NCBI GenBank assembly: GCA_035084275.1
Contig: CM068749.1
Location: 16,306,001-16,370,000 of the forward strand
Source of the DNA: Hydrolagus colliei
Lineage: Eukaryota
Reading direction: 5' to 3'
DNA: 64,000 nucleotides
This document shows, piece by piece, positions 37,674 to 50,100 of this stretch. Positions within the stretch are counted from its first letter, which is position 1, and the number at the start of each line of letters is the position of its first letter. The notes under the pieces are model-generated. The model was not told where the DNA came from. It worked only from the letters and a program-made list of their open reading frames with translations, and did no database searches. A program made the translations under genes and the position numbers.

Positions 37674-38284
37674 TGGGTACAGGATGCTGTTGGAAATTGA
37701 ATGGAATCAAGATGCTATGAGCATCGTGCAAATGACTGGGTGCTGCATTTCGATAGGTAGGCTGTACGCCTGTGTCTCAAATGGAGCAGCTGTGGTCTGC
37801 TAATGATTTCACTTTGTTTGTGTGGTTCAGGACTGGTGGATTCTTTGCAGCTGTGGAAAACAACTGCCAAGAAAATGTGCAGAAATGTAATTTAGAAAGT
37901 TTGCTGTTCGATTTCTGGAGGGAATTGAAAGTGGAACCTCCACAATCTTGGTCCCTGAATGATCGCTGGACATTTACTCGCTGTGTCATAATTCTGTTGT
38001 GCAAAAAAAAAGTGTGTTTCTCATCCGTCCAAATGGATTTGAAATCAAGGATTTTCATGTTCTTGCCAAATGAACCACCATTTCACTGTGGGTGTTGGAG
38101 CTATGGGAGATCTTATGTCACAGAGATTTTTCAATCATAACCCAGGTTATTGCTTTTACTAACACGAGATATCACTTGTTTGTTATGCTTACTAGTGCCC
38201 CCTACTGTATGTATACATGTAATGCTTCACGATTCCATTCTGCCACCCTCACACACCCGAATTTACTTATGATTTTTCTTGTGT

Positions 38285-38625
38285 TTGACATAGCGCCTTA
38301 TCATCTCATTGAAGAATTTCAAAGCACTTTGCAGTATTTACAGTAAAGAGTAGTAACTGTATTTATAGGTGAATGCGACAATCAAGGCCCCACAAACAGC
38401 CATGAAGTGAATAGCAATTTTATCTGGGTGATAGTTGGACAGGACACTAGGGAGGAAGTCTTCTCTTTTCAAACAGTGCTAGTGGATCTTTAATGTCTAT
38501 CTGACGAGGCAGACGGGACCTCAGTTTAAAGCTTCCCCTGAAGAATCCACTGGTGATAATGTCCTGATATGAGACTTAAATTTACAACAGTCTGACTCCA
38601 AGGCAAAAGTACTACAACAGAGCCT
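38285..38625 (-). mobile_element. Old DeuSINE (SacSINE1-like), near full length
   Basis: atagcgccttatcat, ccccacaaacagccatga, caggacactagg, cttttcaaacagtgctagtggatctttaatgtc, ggcagacgggacctcagtttaa, tctgactccaaggcaaaagtactac. Confidence 0.8.
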
Positions 38626-41544
38626 CGTTGGTGTCCTTAAACATATAAAATGCACACAGAGATAATTATTTGTTGGATGATTAGAATTCTAATCCTTATT
38701 AATCCTGTTTAATGGAACTTTCATTTGAACATTATTCCTTAATTTATTTTAACCCACTCATACAAAAATGTTCCAACACTTTGATGCTCTGAAAAGAAAT
38801 TAGTGGGAATGTGAGAAGGCCTTTTTTCTCACCAAACATGTTCTTCCAGTACTTTTAATTCTTCCACGATAGCATCCGTTTCTATGTTGAGATAGCCTGA
38901 TATTTTTGTCTCTTGGCTTCGGGTTTATGATATCTGTTCCAAATTTCCTCACATTCATTTCAACCATAACCTTTGGCTATACTTGCTTAGTGTACTTTAA
39001 AGTTGAGTTTCACATTTTGAAAGTTGAAAATATTGTGAGAAAGATATTTATGAAATGGCTCTAAATTTCTGGACAATATGCAGTGGAACTCCATTAAATG
39101 GCTCTTTTGTAACATGGGTTTGCTTATTGTGGCATCAAGGTGTTTTGCTTCCATGTATTCACCCCAGAATCACATTTTCAATCTCACGTCAGCTATTATA
39201 CATAGCAAAACCAATTTTCTAACATCAACACATGAATTGCAGGTGCAAATTGTCTATATATCATAGCAGATGTGTCCAGCAGTTTCCGGCCTCCAAGCTG
39301 AGAAATGGACTGGATTATGATTGTAAGTGAAAGCTGATTGTGTGTTTGTCATTCCTGTGAGAGTTACTGCTGGTAGATCATTGTCATTCCTGCAGAATTT
39401 ATTGCTGGGAGATTGTTGCTGTTGTACGGTTCTCCAAGAACAATCTCTCAGGCCTCAGGAATTTCTTCAAACTTCGGAGTAGTTTAACCCTATCCCATTG
39501 AGAGTCCTAAAAGAAAGAGAGACAGCATTGAAAACTGAATGGGAAAAGTCAAATCTTTGAAGGAAACCACCAGAATAGAATATGTATATTGGTGGTGAAA
39601 AGTGGTACAGTCAGACCCGCTTATGTATCTATATATAGCGATGTACTGGAAGTACAACACAATTCTGACTTCTGTCATAGCACACAGGCACAGAAGACTC
39701 ACAAGTACAGGAAACGCTTGTGAGAGTTCCTGCCAGCCTTTTTCACACTGCATGCATGTGTGGGTCAGTAAGTTCAACCCAAAAGTGCTGACACAACACA
39801 CTTAAGAGTTGTGTCCTTCCCATTACTGTATATCAAAGGATGTGATTTTTATGGACCCAAACCAACATCCTATAACATTGGTCTTAGTGTACCTTTTTTC
39901 TGCTAATATTTGAATGGGATATTAGCAGAATTAGTGAAATGTTTGACTTTGATCAGAGTCCAAGGGTGGAACAGGAAGGAAATTAAAGGAGGAATGTTTT
40001 TCAGACTAAGCAAAGAAACAAAGGTAATAAAGAAATGGAATCCGATGCTTAAGGAGGAAATGAAAGGACAGATGCTGTATTCTTAGGAAGATATCAAATG
40101 TTGAAAAGTGGGAACTCTGCCATTGGTCTAAACTATCCAGTACAGTTTTATTTGCAACAAAATATTTCTGAATTTGGCATTGTCAATATGCACTCTTAAT
40201 CTTGAAGTCCTCAGATGTATCACTATACATACACACACCCGATGATGGAATCCTTTCAAAGTGTCCTCTTTCATATCAGCATTTTTCCTCTTGTACCAAC
40301 AGTTTCTACCAGAACTTAGTTCATCTTTGTTTCAAATGCCATTACAGTTCAAATAAAAAGCAGCGTGAATTGTGTGGCTGCTGTTTTCTACTGCTCTGCA
40401 GTTTGCACCCCAGTCAACACACCTCCACATGAACTTCACCAGTTGCTATGGCTTCACATCAAAGGACACGGATTATTTCACTTTCTGCAACCTTCAAGGA
40501 CTGACTTGCATTATCTTCATCTTTTGAAAAATATATATAATCAAACTCCTAACATTGAAAAACTTGTCATTGTTCAATCACTGACGCCTTGTTTAATTGC
40601 TGCTTTGCAGCAATTTGCTTCACTATGCAGCAATCTGCCATGAAATGAGCGGGATCAACTGAATCTCACTGGATGCTGTCTGTAGAGACTACCTTGAGGG
40701 GATAGTTTCAGAAATCCATTGATTTTTGCGGTGTAAATTGATTTGAACTCCACTCAGAAATAGTCCTTTTTTAAATTCTTAGAGTGGAATTGAATCATGT
40801 CAGACCCAGAATTTAAAGAAAACATCTGTAACTTTGTTAAAGTTGTAAAGTTGTCACATTTGTTAAAGGTGCCAATCTGGCACAATTGCTCGTGTTCTCA
40901 CCTCTGATTCAGAAGGATTCAGACTCCACATCAGGACTTTGAGTTCACAGCCCAGGCTGCTGCTGACTTTCCCCCTGGGAATGGGTGGAGGGGAAGAGAC
41001 ATGGAGGAGGTAAATGGGTCCTCTTGGAGATTATTTGGCTCCAAGGTGAAATGCTTGGCACAGAATGGAAGAATAAATTGAATCCTCTATCTGTCAGATA
41101 CCTGGCTGACTCCCCTAAACTATACATTAAAGTTATGGATTAGTTCTCCCTGAATCATGCACTTTCACTTGGGGCATGAGACTTACAACAACAACATTTC
41201 ATTTGTATAGCACCTTTCATGTCGGGAGGCCGTCCCAAAGCTCTGGAGAATCAGTTTTTCAGACCGAAGCTGGGGGTAGGGGTTGGGAAGGGTGGAGATC
41301 AGTGGGGAAGGAGCTCCATTGTACAGTAAAATCCAGAGATTATCCTTGGATACCTGGAAACATTCATGACACCACTGAAAGATGCAAAATCTGCACTTAA
41401 AAAAAGGTGCAGAGGCTCACCCAAACTAAATTTGAGTCATTCGACTAAATTTGACTTCAGAGGAAAACACTGAAGAGGATTATAGGGGAAGCAATTAATG
41501 ACTATTTATGAAAAACACAGGTTATCATATACAGCTACTTTGAC

Positions 41545-42680
41545 CTTAAGAGTAAGAGATCACAGATCACAAAGTTTCTAGACTTCTTTGAGGATATGTC
41601 TAAATTAGTGGCTAATAGCTCAGATCCCAAATGGTTTCTGATAATGTGCTACACTAAAAAACTTTTGTTAAAGTTAAAAGGTCATGGAACAAATGGGAAG
41701 TACCTAATTGGATTGGAAATTGGCTAAACAAAAGAGATGATGGTGACAGATGGCTGTAAACTCACACTGGGAATAGTGGATTTGTACAAGAATCTGCTCT
41801 TGGTCATGTGCTCAGCATTATCAGCATTAATGATCTAGAAAGAATTTCAGTTCGCAGGCAGCACTCAGGTTGGTAACCCATCTGGTCGAGACTCACATGA
41901 TTTTAAATAATTTGGTGAGGGTCAGAACATGACTAACAGTGGTCAAATTAAAAAAAAACTTTATCTCTTAATCCAGACGCTGAGTGGCATTGTATCCGAA
42001 TGGAGTTCAGGTGAGCCACTCTGACCTACTTCCAGCTACTGGAAGAAACACTGTTTGAGATTCAGACTTGTTAAGATTAAACTATTAACTATGAACTACT
42101 GTATTAAAAATGGTTCAGTTTCAGACCCTTTTGTTGGCGACTACAAAACATGTGTTTAGATGGGGAAAAAAAGATTGCACTACAAACAGCTCTATCTTGT
42201 GCAGTGTTGACTTGGGAAAAAATATTTAGAAGTGGTTATTGACTAGTTTTTGAACATCTTCTGAATGATCAATAAAGGAAACAGCAGAAACCTTGGGGGG
42301 AAAAAAGCTATTCAATCAATGCACAGCACTTACAATAGCTTTTCCAATGCATTGCTCAGATTTAGAATGTTAAAATGTGTTTCTGGTCACCTTATTCCAA
42401 GAAAGAAGCATTTAGACTGGGAACCATGATGGTTGTTGAACTTCAAAATAATTGCTTAACAAAGTAGTCTAAGGTTATACACAACTTCGGAAGAGACGGA
42501 GGAATTATAGGATTCAAGTTGCAAGGCAAAGCAAGGGAACTAATAATCCCACTGCTAGCAGATTCTTTACATTCATTTCTGAAAACAAAACTTAAAGGCA
42601 GGATTTCAAATTTAAAAATCGAAAGCTGAGATACTGATGTTTAAGAAAGCGATTGTTGATTCTTGGAATAGTAGACATGA
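41545..42680 (+). mobile_element. Ancient fragmented CR1 ORF2
   Basis: FLDFFEDMSKLV, KLLLKLKGHG, WIGNWL, QESALG, INDLE and more distal FWSP-like and DSWNS remnants in CR1 order, with many indels. Confidence 0.7.
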
Positions 42681-43477
42681 GGAACAGAACAGAATACATG
42701 CATTTCCATTAACACTGTATTTGTTGCTTTGTTTAGGGAATATATTTAAAGATTTCTGGATTACAAAGCTATAAATGGATTGTCGTGGGTGCAGATGACA
42801 GTATGGCTATAACCTCTACCTTCTAGAAGCTCATCTAGACTGAAACCATTGGAAATATTGATGAAACAATTTGTTGGATTGAATGAGTTTATTTACTGTT
42901 TATGCAGACTGATAAGAGAACCATATAAATTTATAGTACAGTAGATATCCATTCATCCCATTATATCAGTGATGTATGGAGTGGTTTGTCTTGCAACTTT
43001 GGTATTGTACCTTGTATTACTTATGCATTATGGATAGATATAGCATTGCTATGGCCACCTTATCCCATCATTAATACATTCAGAATAAATGCTTGAATTA
43101 ACAAAAATGTTTATTTCAACATTTCAGAGCATGTAAATGAAATATTCAAACTGAACCTTACAGATTTTCAAAGACCCAAAACATGTTACTTAGGCAAGCA
43201 AAAATCAAATGCACAATTTTCAATGAACGTAAAGCTAGTGGAATCAAATAATGTTTATTCTGAAATAGGTTGTGTGTATGTATATTGTCACTCCATGAAT
43301 AACACGGTGAATCTTTCAGAAGTAACTCCAAGTAAAGCCAAATGGGTCATGTAGAAGTCTATCACGTTCACCCATGTGATCAAAATATTGTACATACTAA
43401 ATGCACAATGGAAAAACATAGCAATATTGAGTAATGAACTGTTTAGTTACATGAACAGTTTAAATTGGTTATCTTTT

Positions 43478-43585
43478 AATAAATAATAATAATCGTTGTA
43501 TTTGAATATAGGGCCTTAGCATGTCTTCGAGTCGTCTCAAAGCGCTTCACAGAATATACTGTAAATTGAAGTGACTGTATATTTT
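43478..43585 (-). mobile_element. 5'-truncated SINE tail
   Basis: aataataat...catgtcttcgagtcgtctcaaagcgcttcacagaatatactgtaaattgaagtgactgtat. Confidence 0.8.
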
Positions 43586-43654
43586 GAGGGTTAAATATAA
43601 AGGGTTTTTGAAAGATCAGCCAGGTATTTAATACATTGACACATCCGCATACTG

Positions 43655-43795
43655 AGCAGTTCTGACAAAGGGTCGTAGACCCGAAACGTTGACTCACTTT
43701 CCTTTCTCCATAGATGCTGCCTGACCTGCTGAGTGTTCCCAGCCTCTTCTGTTTTTGTTTCAGATTTCAAACATCTGCAGCATTTTGCGTTTTGT
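43655..43795 (+). mobile_element. Penelope-like element terminal-repeat fragment
   Basis: tctgacaaagggtcgtagacccgaaacgttgactc...tccatagatgctgcctgacctgctgagtgttcccagc...tcagatttcaaacatctgcag, the Penelope-associated repeat I recognise from cartilaginous fishes. Confidence 0.75.
43658..43694 (+). ncRNA. Minimal type I hammerhead ribozyme motif, core variant (probably inactive)
   Basis: Stem I AGTT/GACT, core CTGACAA (consensus CUGANGA), stem II GGGTC-GTA-GACCC, GAAA, palindromic ACGT stem III. Confidence 0.65.
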
Positions 43796-45079
43796 TGAAA
43801 GTATCCAACCGAGACTAAGAGTTCCACATATGTATGCCACCTACATAGGAAAAATTTCCCCGAGTCTGGTATGGAATGTGCACTCTCTCTGGAGGGTTTC
43901 TCTCTACTTACATAATTCTGGAGAATATTAGGTGCAGGTTGGCAAGAGCCTTGGCTTGGGGATCTTCATTCCCTTTTTGAATCATATCATGGAATATTTT
44001 ACAACCTGAACATTCTGACAGAACAACCTGCTCGCGCAAAGGCAAGAATGCTACAATGTGAACTGGATTGACATGGAAAATAGCTGACACCTTCGCACAC
44101 AAGTATGGGGATGTGTCAGCTAAACCATAGCCTACAATTGGTGAAGATTTCATCCATTTAGGCTCACCAGCTGCAAGATATAGTGCAATTCTTACAATTC
44201 CCAACATTTAACAGTCATAAACGTTAATCTGCATATTAATGATTAATCAGCAGTGTTGTTTTGTGACTGGGGCCAGTTATACTTCCGTAATGTTTTATTC
44301 AATGAACAACAGTGCAGAAGAACAAATCCCAATACATTTTGTGGAAATATGACTTAATCGACCCTTGTGGGGCCCAACTCAAATCTAGCCAGATCAGCTC
44401 CTGCAGACTGCAGAGGATACTGAAAAGCATCATTCAATGATTGCACACTTCATGTTTTTTTTTCTGGGCAGCACCAATCAACCTTTTCATGATTGTCTTG
44501 TTACAGATGTAAACTTGTAAGACTGGATCAGAATCAGTGATCAGCAGTCAGAAAATAAACTTCTGTTACATTATGATATTTGAGCGCTTTCCAAAATTTC
44601 CAAAACATATTAAGGATGCAAAACAATTAAACCAAGGAAATCAAATAAACCATTATTTAAATTTATTAAAGTCCCATTCGTAATGTGTATTTGCATTTAT
44701 ACAATATTTACCAATAATTTATTTAGCTTTAAAATTCTTCCCAATAATTTACACACAGAATTCTATAAGAATTACTGTGATTTTTTAAAATAAATTTACA
44801 TTTAGTTGCATATCTCTTGGTACATGATGTAAATTGAATAACCAAACTGGTAATATCAGAGTATTACAATGATTTAGAAATGCTGCAAATGTTGTAGGCT
44901 GTGTTTGACCCTCCTATTATTTATTAATACTTCATAATGTGCATTTATGAGATGTTTATTTTACAATATTGGAAAATGTTTGAAAGGTATGTAGACTTTA
45001 GAGACAGCTGAGTGATAGAATGTTTTTGGAAAGATTGACCTATTAATGTGGGCAGAGTGACAAGGAATGACATAAATGA

Positions 45080-45935
45080 CATTACAGTATTGAAAAGGTG
45101 GACATAAAATTGATAGAGGAGATGCCAGAAGCAACATGAATACATCCTATTAATAAGGGCAACTATGTGGTAGTTGGCAACTTGTTAGTAACCAACAGCT
45201 CAGCTAGCAAGGAAGGTAATTAAGCAAGCAAGAGAGACTGCAGGGAATTGCGGCACAATAGTTCTGAGGCTTTTCATATTTCAGAGGTAAAATGGGCAGA
45301 CCAGAGAAAAACAAAAAAGGATAGACAGGTGGAACTAAACCAATTCCATAGAGGGGTTATATTGCATGTGAAGCAGAATGCACACATTTGTTAGTTTGTA
45401 GTCCTGCAGAAATTATCATCTGGAAGTGGGTCAGAACAAAAAATAACAGTACGAATTTAGAAAAGTAATGAGATCTGAGAAGAAGCCCAGAGAGGATTAA
45501 CTCAAAAGTCAACCCAACAATTCTCAAGTTATTTTAAGCCTCAGAGCGTCTTGGCCTGTAGATGTGGTGGGGTATGATCTAGCTGTGTATCAAAAGCTAG
45601 AGTATTGGAAAACCAGATAGGTTCTTGACTGGAGAGGATGGGACATATTGTGAAGCATCGAAAAAGGCAGATTTAAAAAAGGCTAGAACGTTACAGAAGT
45701 TTAGGGCAACAAGATCTGTTGGACCGCATGTAATGCAGCCTGCAACCCACCCTAACAAGTATGAGTGAAACTTTTGTTCACATGTTATATGCTCCGTAAA
45801 ATACAGGGAATGTAATTCAATACAAGAGCACAGGAAATGCAACCTTGATATTCAAATGAGGAGCAAGATGTAAATTAGGGAATTATAGACCCGTTATGTT
45901 GATCTAAATACTGAGAAAAATGCTTGAAAGCAGCT
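45080..45935 (+). mobile_element. Ancient CR1 ORF2 fragments (endonuclease-to-RT linker)
   Basis: NKGNYVVVGN (GDFN-like) near 45150 and NATLIFK*GARCKLGNYRPVMLI*ILRKMLES at 45835-45932; the middle part is uncertain. Confidence 0.6.
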
Positions 45936-46555
45936 ATTTATTCTACTGCATGATGCATGCACTCGTTAAGCATGCTTGTTGAGTGTTTAGGTCTCCAATC
46001 AATGTCACAAGGCTGTAAACTGGTGAAACAGCTTTGGTGCTAAAAATCTAAAGCCTTTTGCTGCTGTAGCGGTTGGCATCACAACTAAAGGTTTTTGAAA
46101 TGTGCTTCCCAAATAGACCACAAGAAGAGTATCCAAAACCAGGTATCATTTTAAAATTCACGTCATAATCGCTTTGGCTTACTAACGCCCCCATAATCAA
46201 GCAAATGCACCATATTTAGCTATACTTTTGCACAGTGTGTACTTATGACACCCAGCTGCTTTAGAAGGTTTACACTAACGTGTGGCTTTGATGTGCATTC
46301 TAGTGATCAGATAATTTAAAGTGAAAGCAATGTGATCTGTTTCAAGAAAAAACCCAGAAGAAAATGTGCATCCTGCTGTTCAGTGCTGTCAGTAGTCAGT
46401 ACAGTTTAGCTCATGATCTTAATTTGATTTCATGCATATTTAATAACTATTTTTTTCTGGTACAGTCTTGTATGCAAGACTGAATATGCAACTATTCAGA
46501 GACAGTCAGTTACTCAGAGAAGCACAAAAGTGATGTCTGTGGTCAAAATGTCAAT

Positions 46556-46720
46556 TAATAATAATAATAATCCTTGCATTTGATAAAGCACTTTTCACGT
46601 CTTCTAGACGTCTCTAAGTGCAATTAAGTGCAATTAAAATATGTGCAATTTTGTTGTTGTCTCAAAACGATTCACCAAATATACTGTAAAGTGAATCGAC
46701 TGTATATATGTGGGTGAAAT
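46556..46720 (-). mobile_element. SINE tail fragment with short internal insertion
   Basis: (AAT)n ccttgcatttgataaagcacttttcacgtcttctagacgtctc ... atactgtaaagtgaatcgactgtat. Confidence 0.8.
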
Positions 46721-47061
46721 ATCACACAAATCAAAAACGTGAAGTCACTGATTTTTGCCACACTCTTTCTTTCTGTATCAAAGTCTTTAATATAAAATGT
46801 AAGCCATACATGGTTTATACTTAGCACCACCGATGCAATAACTTTCCAACAATTTTGTCCATTTCCCGCTTGCTACCCTCATAAATATCCAAAGCGCTCT
46901 TGGTTGAATTCTGAATTCTGTTTTGCTTCTCTTTAGCTCTATCTGCCTTTTGTCCACTGATGTCCACTGATGTCAATAATGTTGCATAATCTGAAGAAAT
47001 TCATAGTTTTTCTGCAAACATACATTTCTCTCTGTTCTCTTGCTCAGTTCCTTCAGTTTTA

Positions 47062-47172
47062 AATAATAATAATTGTTGTATTTGATATGGTGCTTTTCTT
47101 GTCTTCCAGATGTTTCAAAGCGCTTCACAGAATACACTGTGAAGTGAATTGACTGTATATTTGTGGCCGAAT
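47062..47172 (-). mobile_element. 5'-truncated SINE tail
   Basis: aataataat...tttcaaagcgcttcacagaatacactgtgaagtgaattgactgtatatttgtggccgaa. Confidence 0.8.
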
Positions 47173-50100
47173 CCACCTTTAACCTTCATCTGTACTCTCT
47201 GATCTCTTCCTTTCTTATATTTTGGATATTTCAGTATGCAATGTAATGGAACTATCCATTCACTGCATAAAAACAGTAATAACCTTTATTTGGATTGTGA
47301 GATGAATGCAAAATGTCACGTCCGATGATACAAGCAATTTGTGACATAAATAAAATTTACATCTGGACATAATTGGCTACTGTATGCAAAACATCAAACA
47401 TCATAACACAAAAAAATTACTTGTTCATCCATTGGCTCCTCAGTTGAATCATGGTCATGTTATTCTATAGTGATTCCATCTTAATAGCTTCAAATCTTCA
47501 ATAAACCTTTTATTTGATTTAGCCCCTTATTCTCAAACATCTCAAAGCTAGCTTACACGATTTTACTGTGAAGTGGAGTGAATGTGTTTTTCTTGGTGAA
47601 CAAACACTTCAAAATAAAGTGAATATTTCTAAAGTTAAAAAAATCTATTGTGTGCATGGTAGGAATATTTATCTCTTGTAGTGATTATCAAAATCAGTGT
47701 ATTCACTCTCCTATTGTGCCACAGTTGTTCAGTACTGGTATGTTGCTTTTTGTATTCAGACTAGAATATAAACATAGCAACAATAAAAAAAAACATTGTA
47801 TCTTACATGCTGAAGATTGTGGGGATGATCCTTGGAAAATAGAATGAGAAATGGATGAAGCAGCGTGGGATAATGGTATTGCTGACGGTCTATCGGTTAA
47901 ATGGAAGGGATGGGGCACACCACAAAGCTCACCTTTATGATATTCCGAACATCAGAGGAATCTAAATTCAATAAATAACTTTCCAGGTATTCGTGGCCGA
48001 GATTCAAGATAGCTTTGAGGTTTTAGTCTTTTTGAACTGGTAACCAGTGCTCAAAGTAGATTTACCTCAATTAGCCATTTTTCTCACCTCGATTGATCCA
48101 AATTCCACATTAAATCAATTCGGAGTTGGAAGTCATTTTGGAAGCTTACTGGTTTCAATGCAATGTTTGGCAACATGATATCATTTCCATATGGTTCATT
48201 CGTAGATGGTAAGCATTATCCCTTCTCTGTAGCATTATCCCTAGCACAAATGGAAATTGAATACAGTATTCGCTTTTTCCTATTTTGAAAGCCATCTTCA
48301 GAGTCTGCTATAGGATTTATTTTGCAGACCCTAGATCAATGTTTGTATTTTCAATCCTCTGTTTATATAATTCCTCTGGCTTTGTGAAATATTGAAGAAT
48401 TTGGAGTTTTCATAGCTTTTAGTAACCTTCATCATTGGCAGTAAAAGGTGCAGTGAGGAAGGCATGGTGTAAAAGTTGCGGATTGAATTCAGGAGTTCTT
48501 ACATTGGAAACAGCACCAGAGTAAGTATTGTGTGTGTGTGTAACTCAGGGGATTGACCTTACATGAGTACTGTGAACTAAATTCAGAATACATAGATTGC
48601 TGAAAAGATATTGGAAACCCAATGTTATGAGATACACAACAGGTATCTTCTTGAATCTAGATGTGGGAAGTTGGGAAGGATGTGGTAAACATTCTAATTT
48701 CTTTTCTCCCACTTTCATATTGAGCTCATCCCCAGTACAGGTGCTTTTCTAAGAGGAAATATATGTCAGGGCTCCTACACCTAGACAACTTGAACACTGG
48801 AGACCTGAAATTTCTCATACACTTCAAGATGATTAGGATATCCGGGCCTCATCTTAAAACAAAATTGAGCATAATTCTAATTCCAATAGTCAAAGAATCT
48901 CCTAGCATATACTGTCTAACATATATAAAAAAAGATACTTGGGCAAGAGAATAGCTAATAACAATAGTACCAAACAACAACAACTTCGATTTATATGGCA
49001 TCCTCCACGCCGGGCGGCATCTCAGAGAGCTTGATTGTTATTAATAACAATAGCACTAAACCAAACCTGAGAGAGAAGCAGGAGAGAAGAGAAAAAGTAC
49101 AAGCAAAAACAACTGATCAAACTATTTGCCAAGTTTCAAAAGCAAGAACCAGATTCTTGATGATTGAGTGCACGTGTTGAAAGTTCAAGAGAATAATATG
49201 TCACAGGCTGAAAACAGCTGAATTTAGGAAACAGTATTAATTTAAGGAGGGAGCAAATGTTCTGAATTAATTAGCATTTTTTGTTACCGGTATTTCTCTT
49301 TGGATTTAATTTGTATCATAATCTTTTATCATGTTTGTTTTTATTTTATAAAAATTAGCAATTAAAATCAACTTTTTCCTTCATTCAACAAGTCAGCTGT
49401 TTAAGATTTTCTTCCCATTAAGTGAAAAAAAATTATGCAACACTGATTTTCTTATTGCTTTTAATTCATTTCTTTTCAACAATTCATGGAACTATAATTA
49501 TTTCTCACACCGTTTCAGTAGTTTACAATAAAAATTCACAATCGTTTCCATAACGTAACTTGAAGTTTACCAGAATATTCTGCTTTCGCTTTCTGCTTGC
49601 AGCCGGTTTTATTTGGTAAATGCACACAAAGTGGCAGCTTCTGCACATTACACCATGTGCAAAGAAACCTTCAAACAGTCTTGCTATTTGCACCCATTAG
49701 CGTTTAATGCACAGTTTCTAAAGCAAATTAGCACAAGGCGAATTAGTATATGTGTAGAAAGTAACAGAACCACTAGAAAGGGGTTGATGTTCTCACAAAG
49801 CAAATAGCCTCGGAAAGAGCATTACTCAAATTATATAACATTTAACTGATGGAAAAGCACTTTCACAGAATTATACCAATAGGTACATGTAAATGAAATC
49901 TCAGGGAAAAAAAATGGAAGTGCAATGCCAAATTTAGCAGAAGCTTATTAAATTGGACAGATTGATAATGGGCATTGGAGGCTTCTTACCAAGATAGATG
50001 AGTGTCTGAGTACAGGAACGTAAAATGTCTCCAGTGGAATTCAATAGGTGTATTATTAAGGCACTGGTTCACCCTTAACTTGAAGTGACACTTTTATTTC

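Noticed and set aside
37772-38140. Overlapping 122-aa and 93-aa ORFs, and similar ~120-aa ORFs at 1562, 31107 and 32278
   Set aside because: No domain motifs, composition typical of non-coding AT-rich DNA, mostly non-ATG starts; the 1562 ORF runs through a SINE tail.
40365-40700. Faint Harbinger-like peptide (LIAALQQFAS)
   Set aside because: Single weak motif with no supporting catalytic motifs.
43908-44207. 99-aa minus ORF with a gtaagt donor near its end
   Set aside because: No recognisable protein similarity and no partner exons; only a moderate acceptor.
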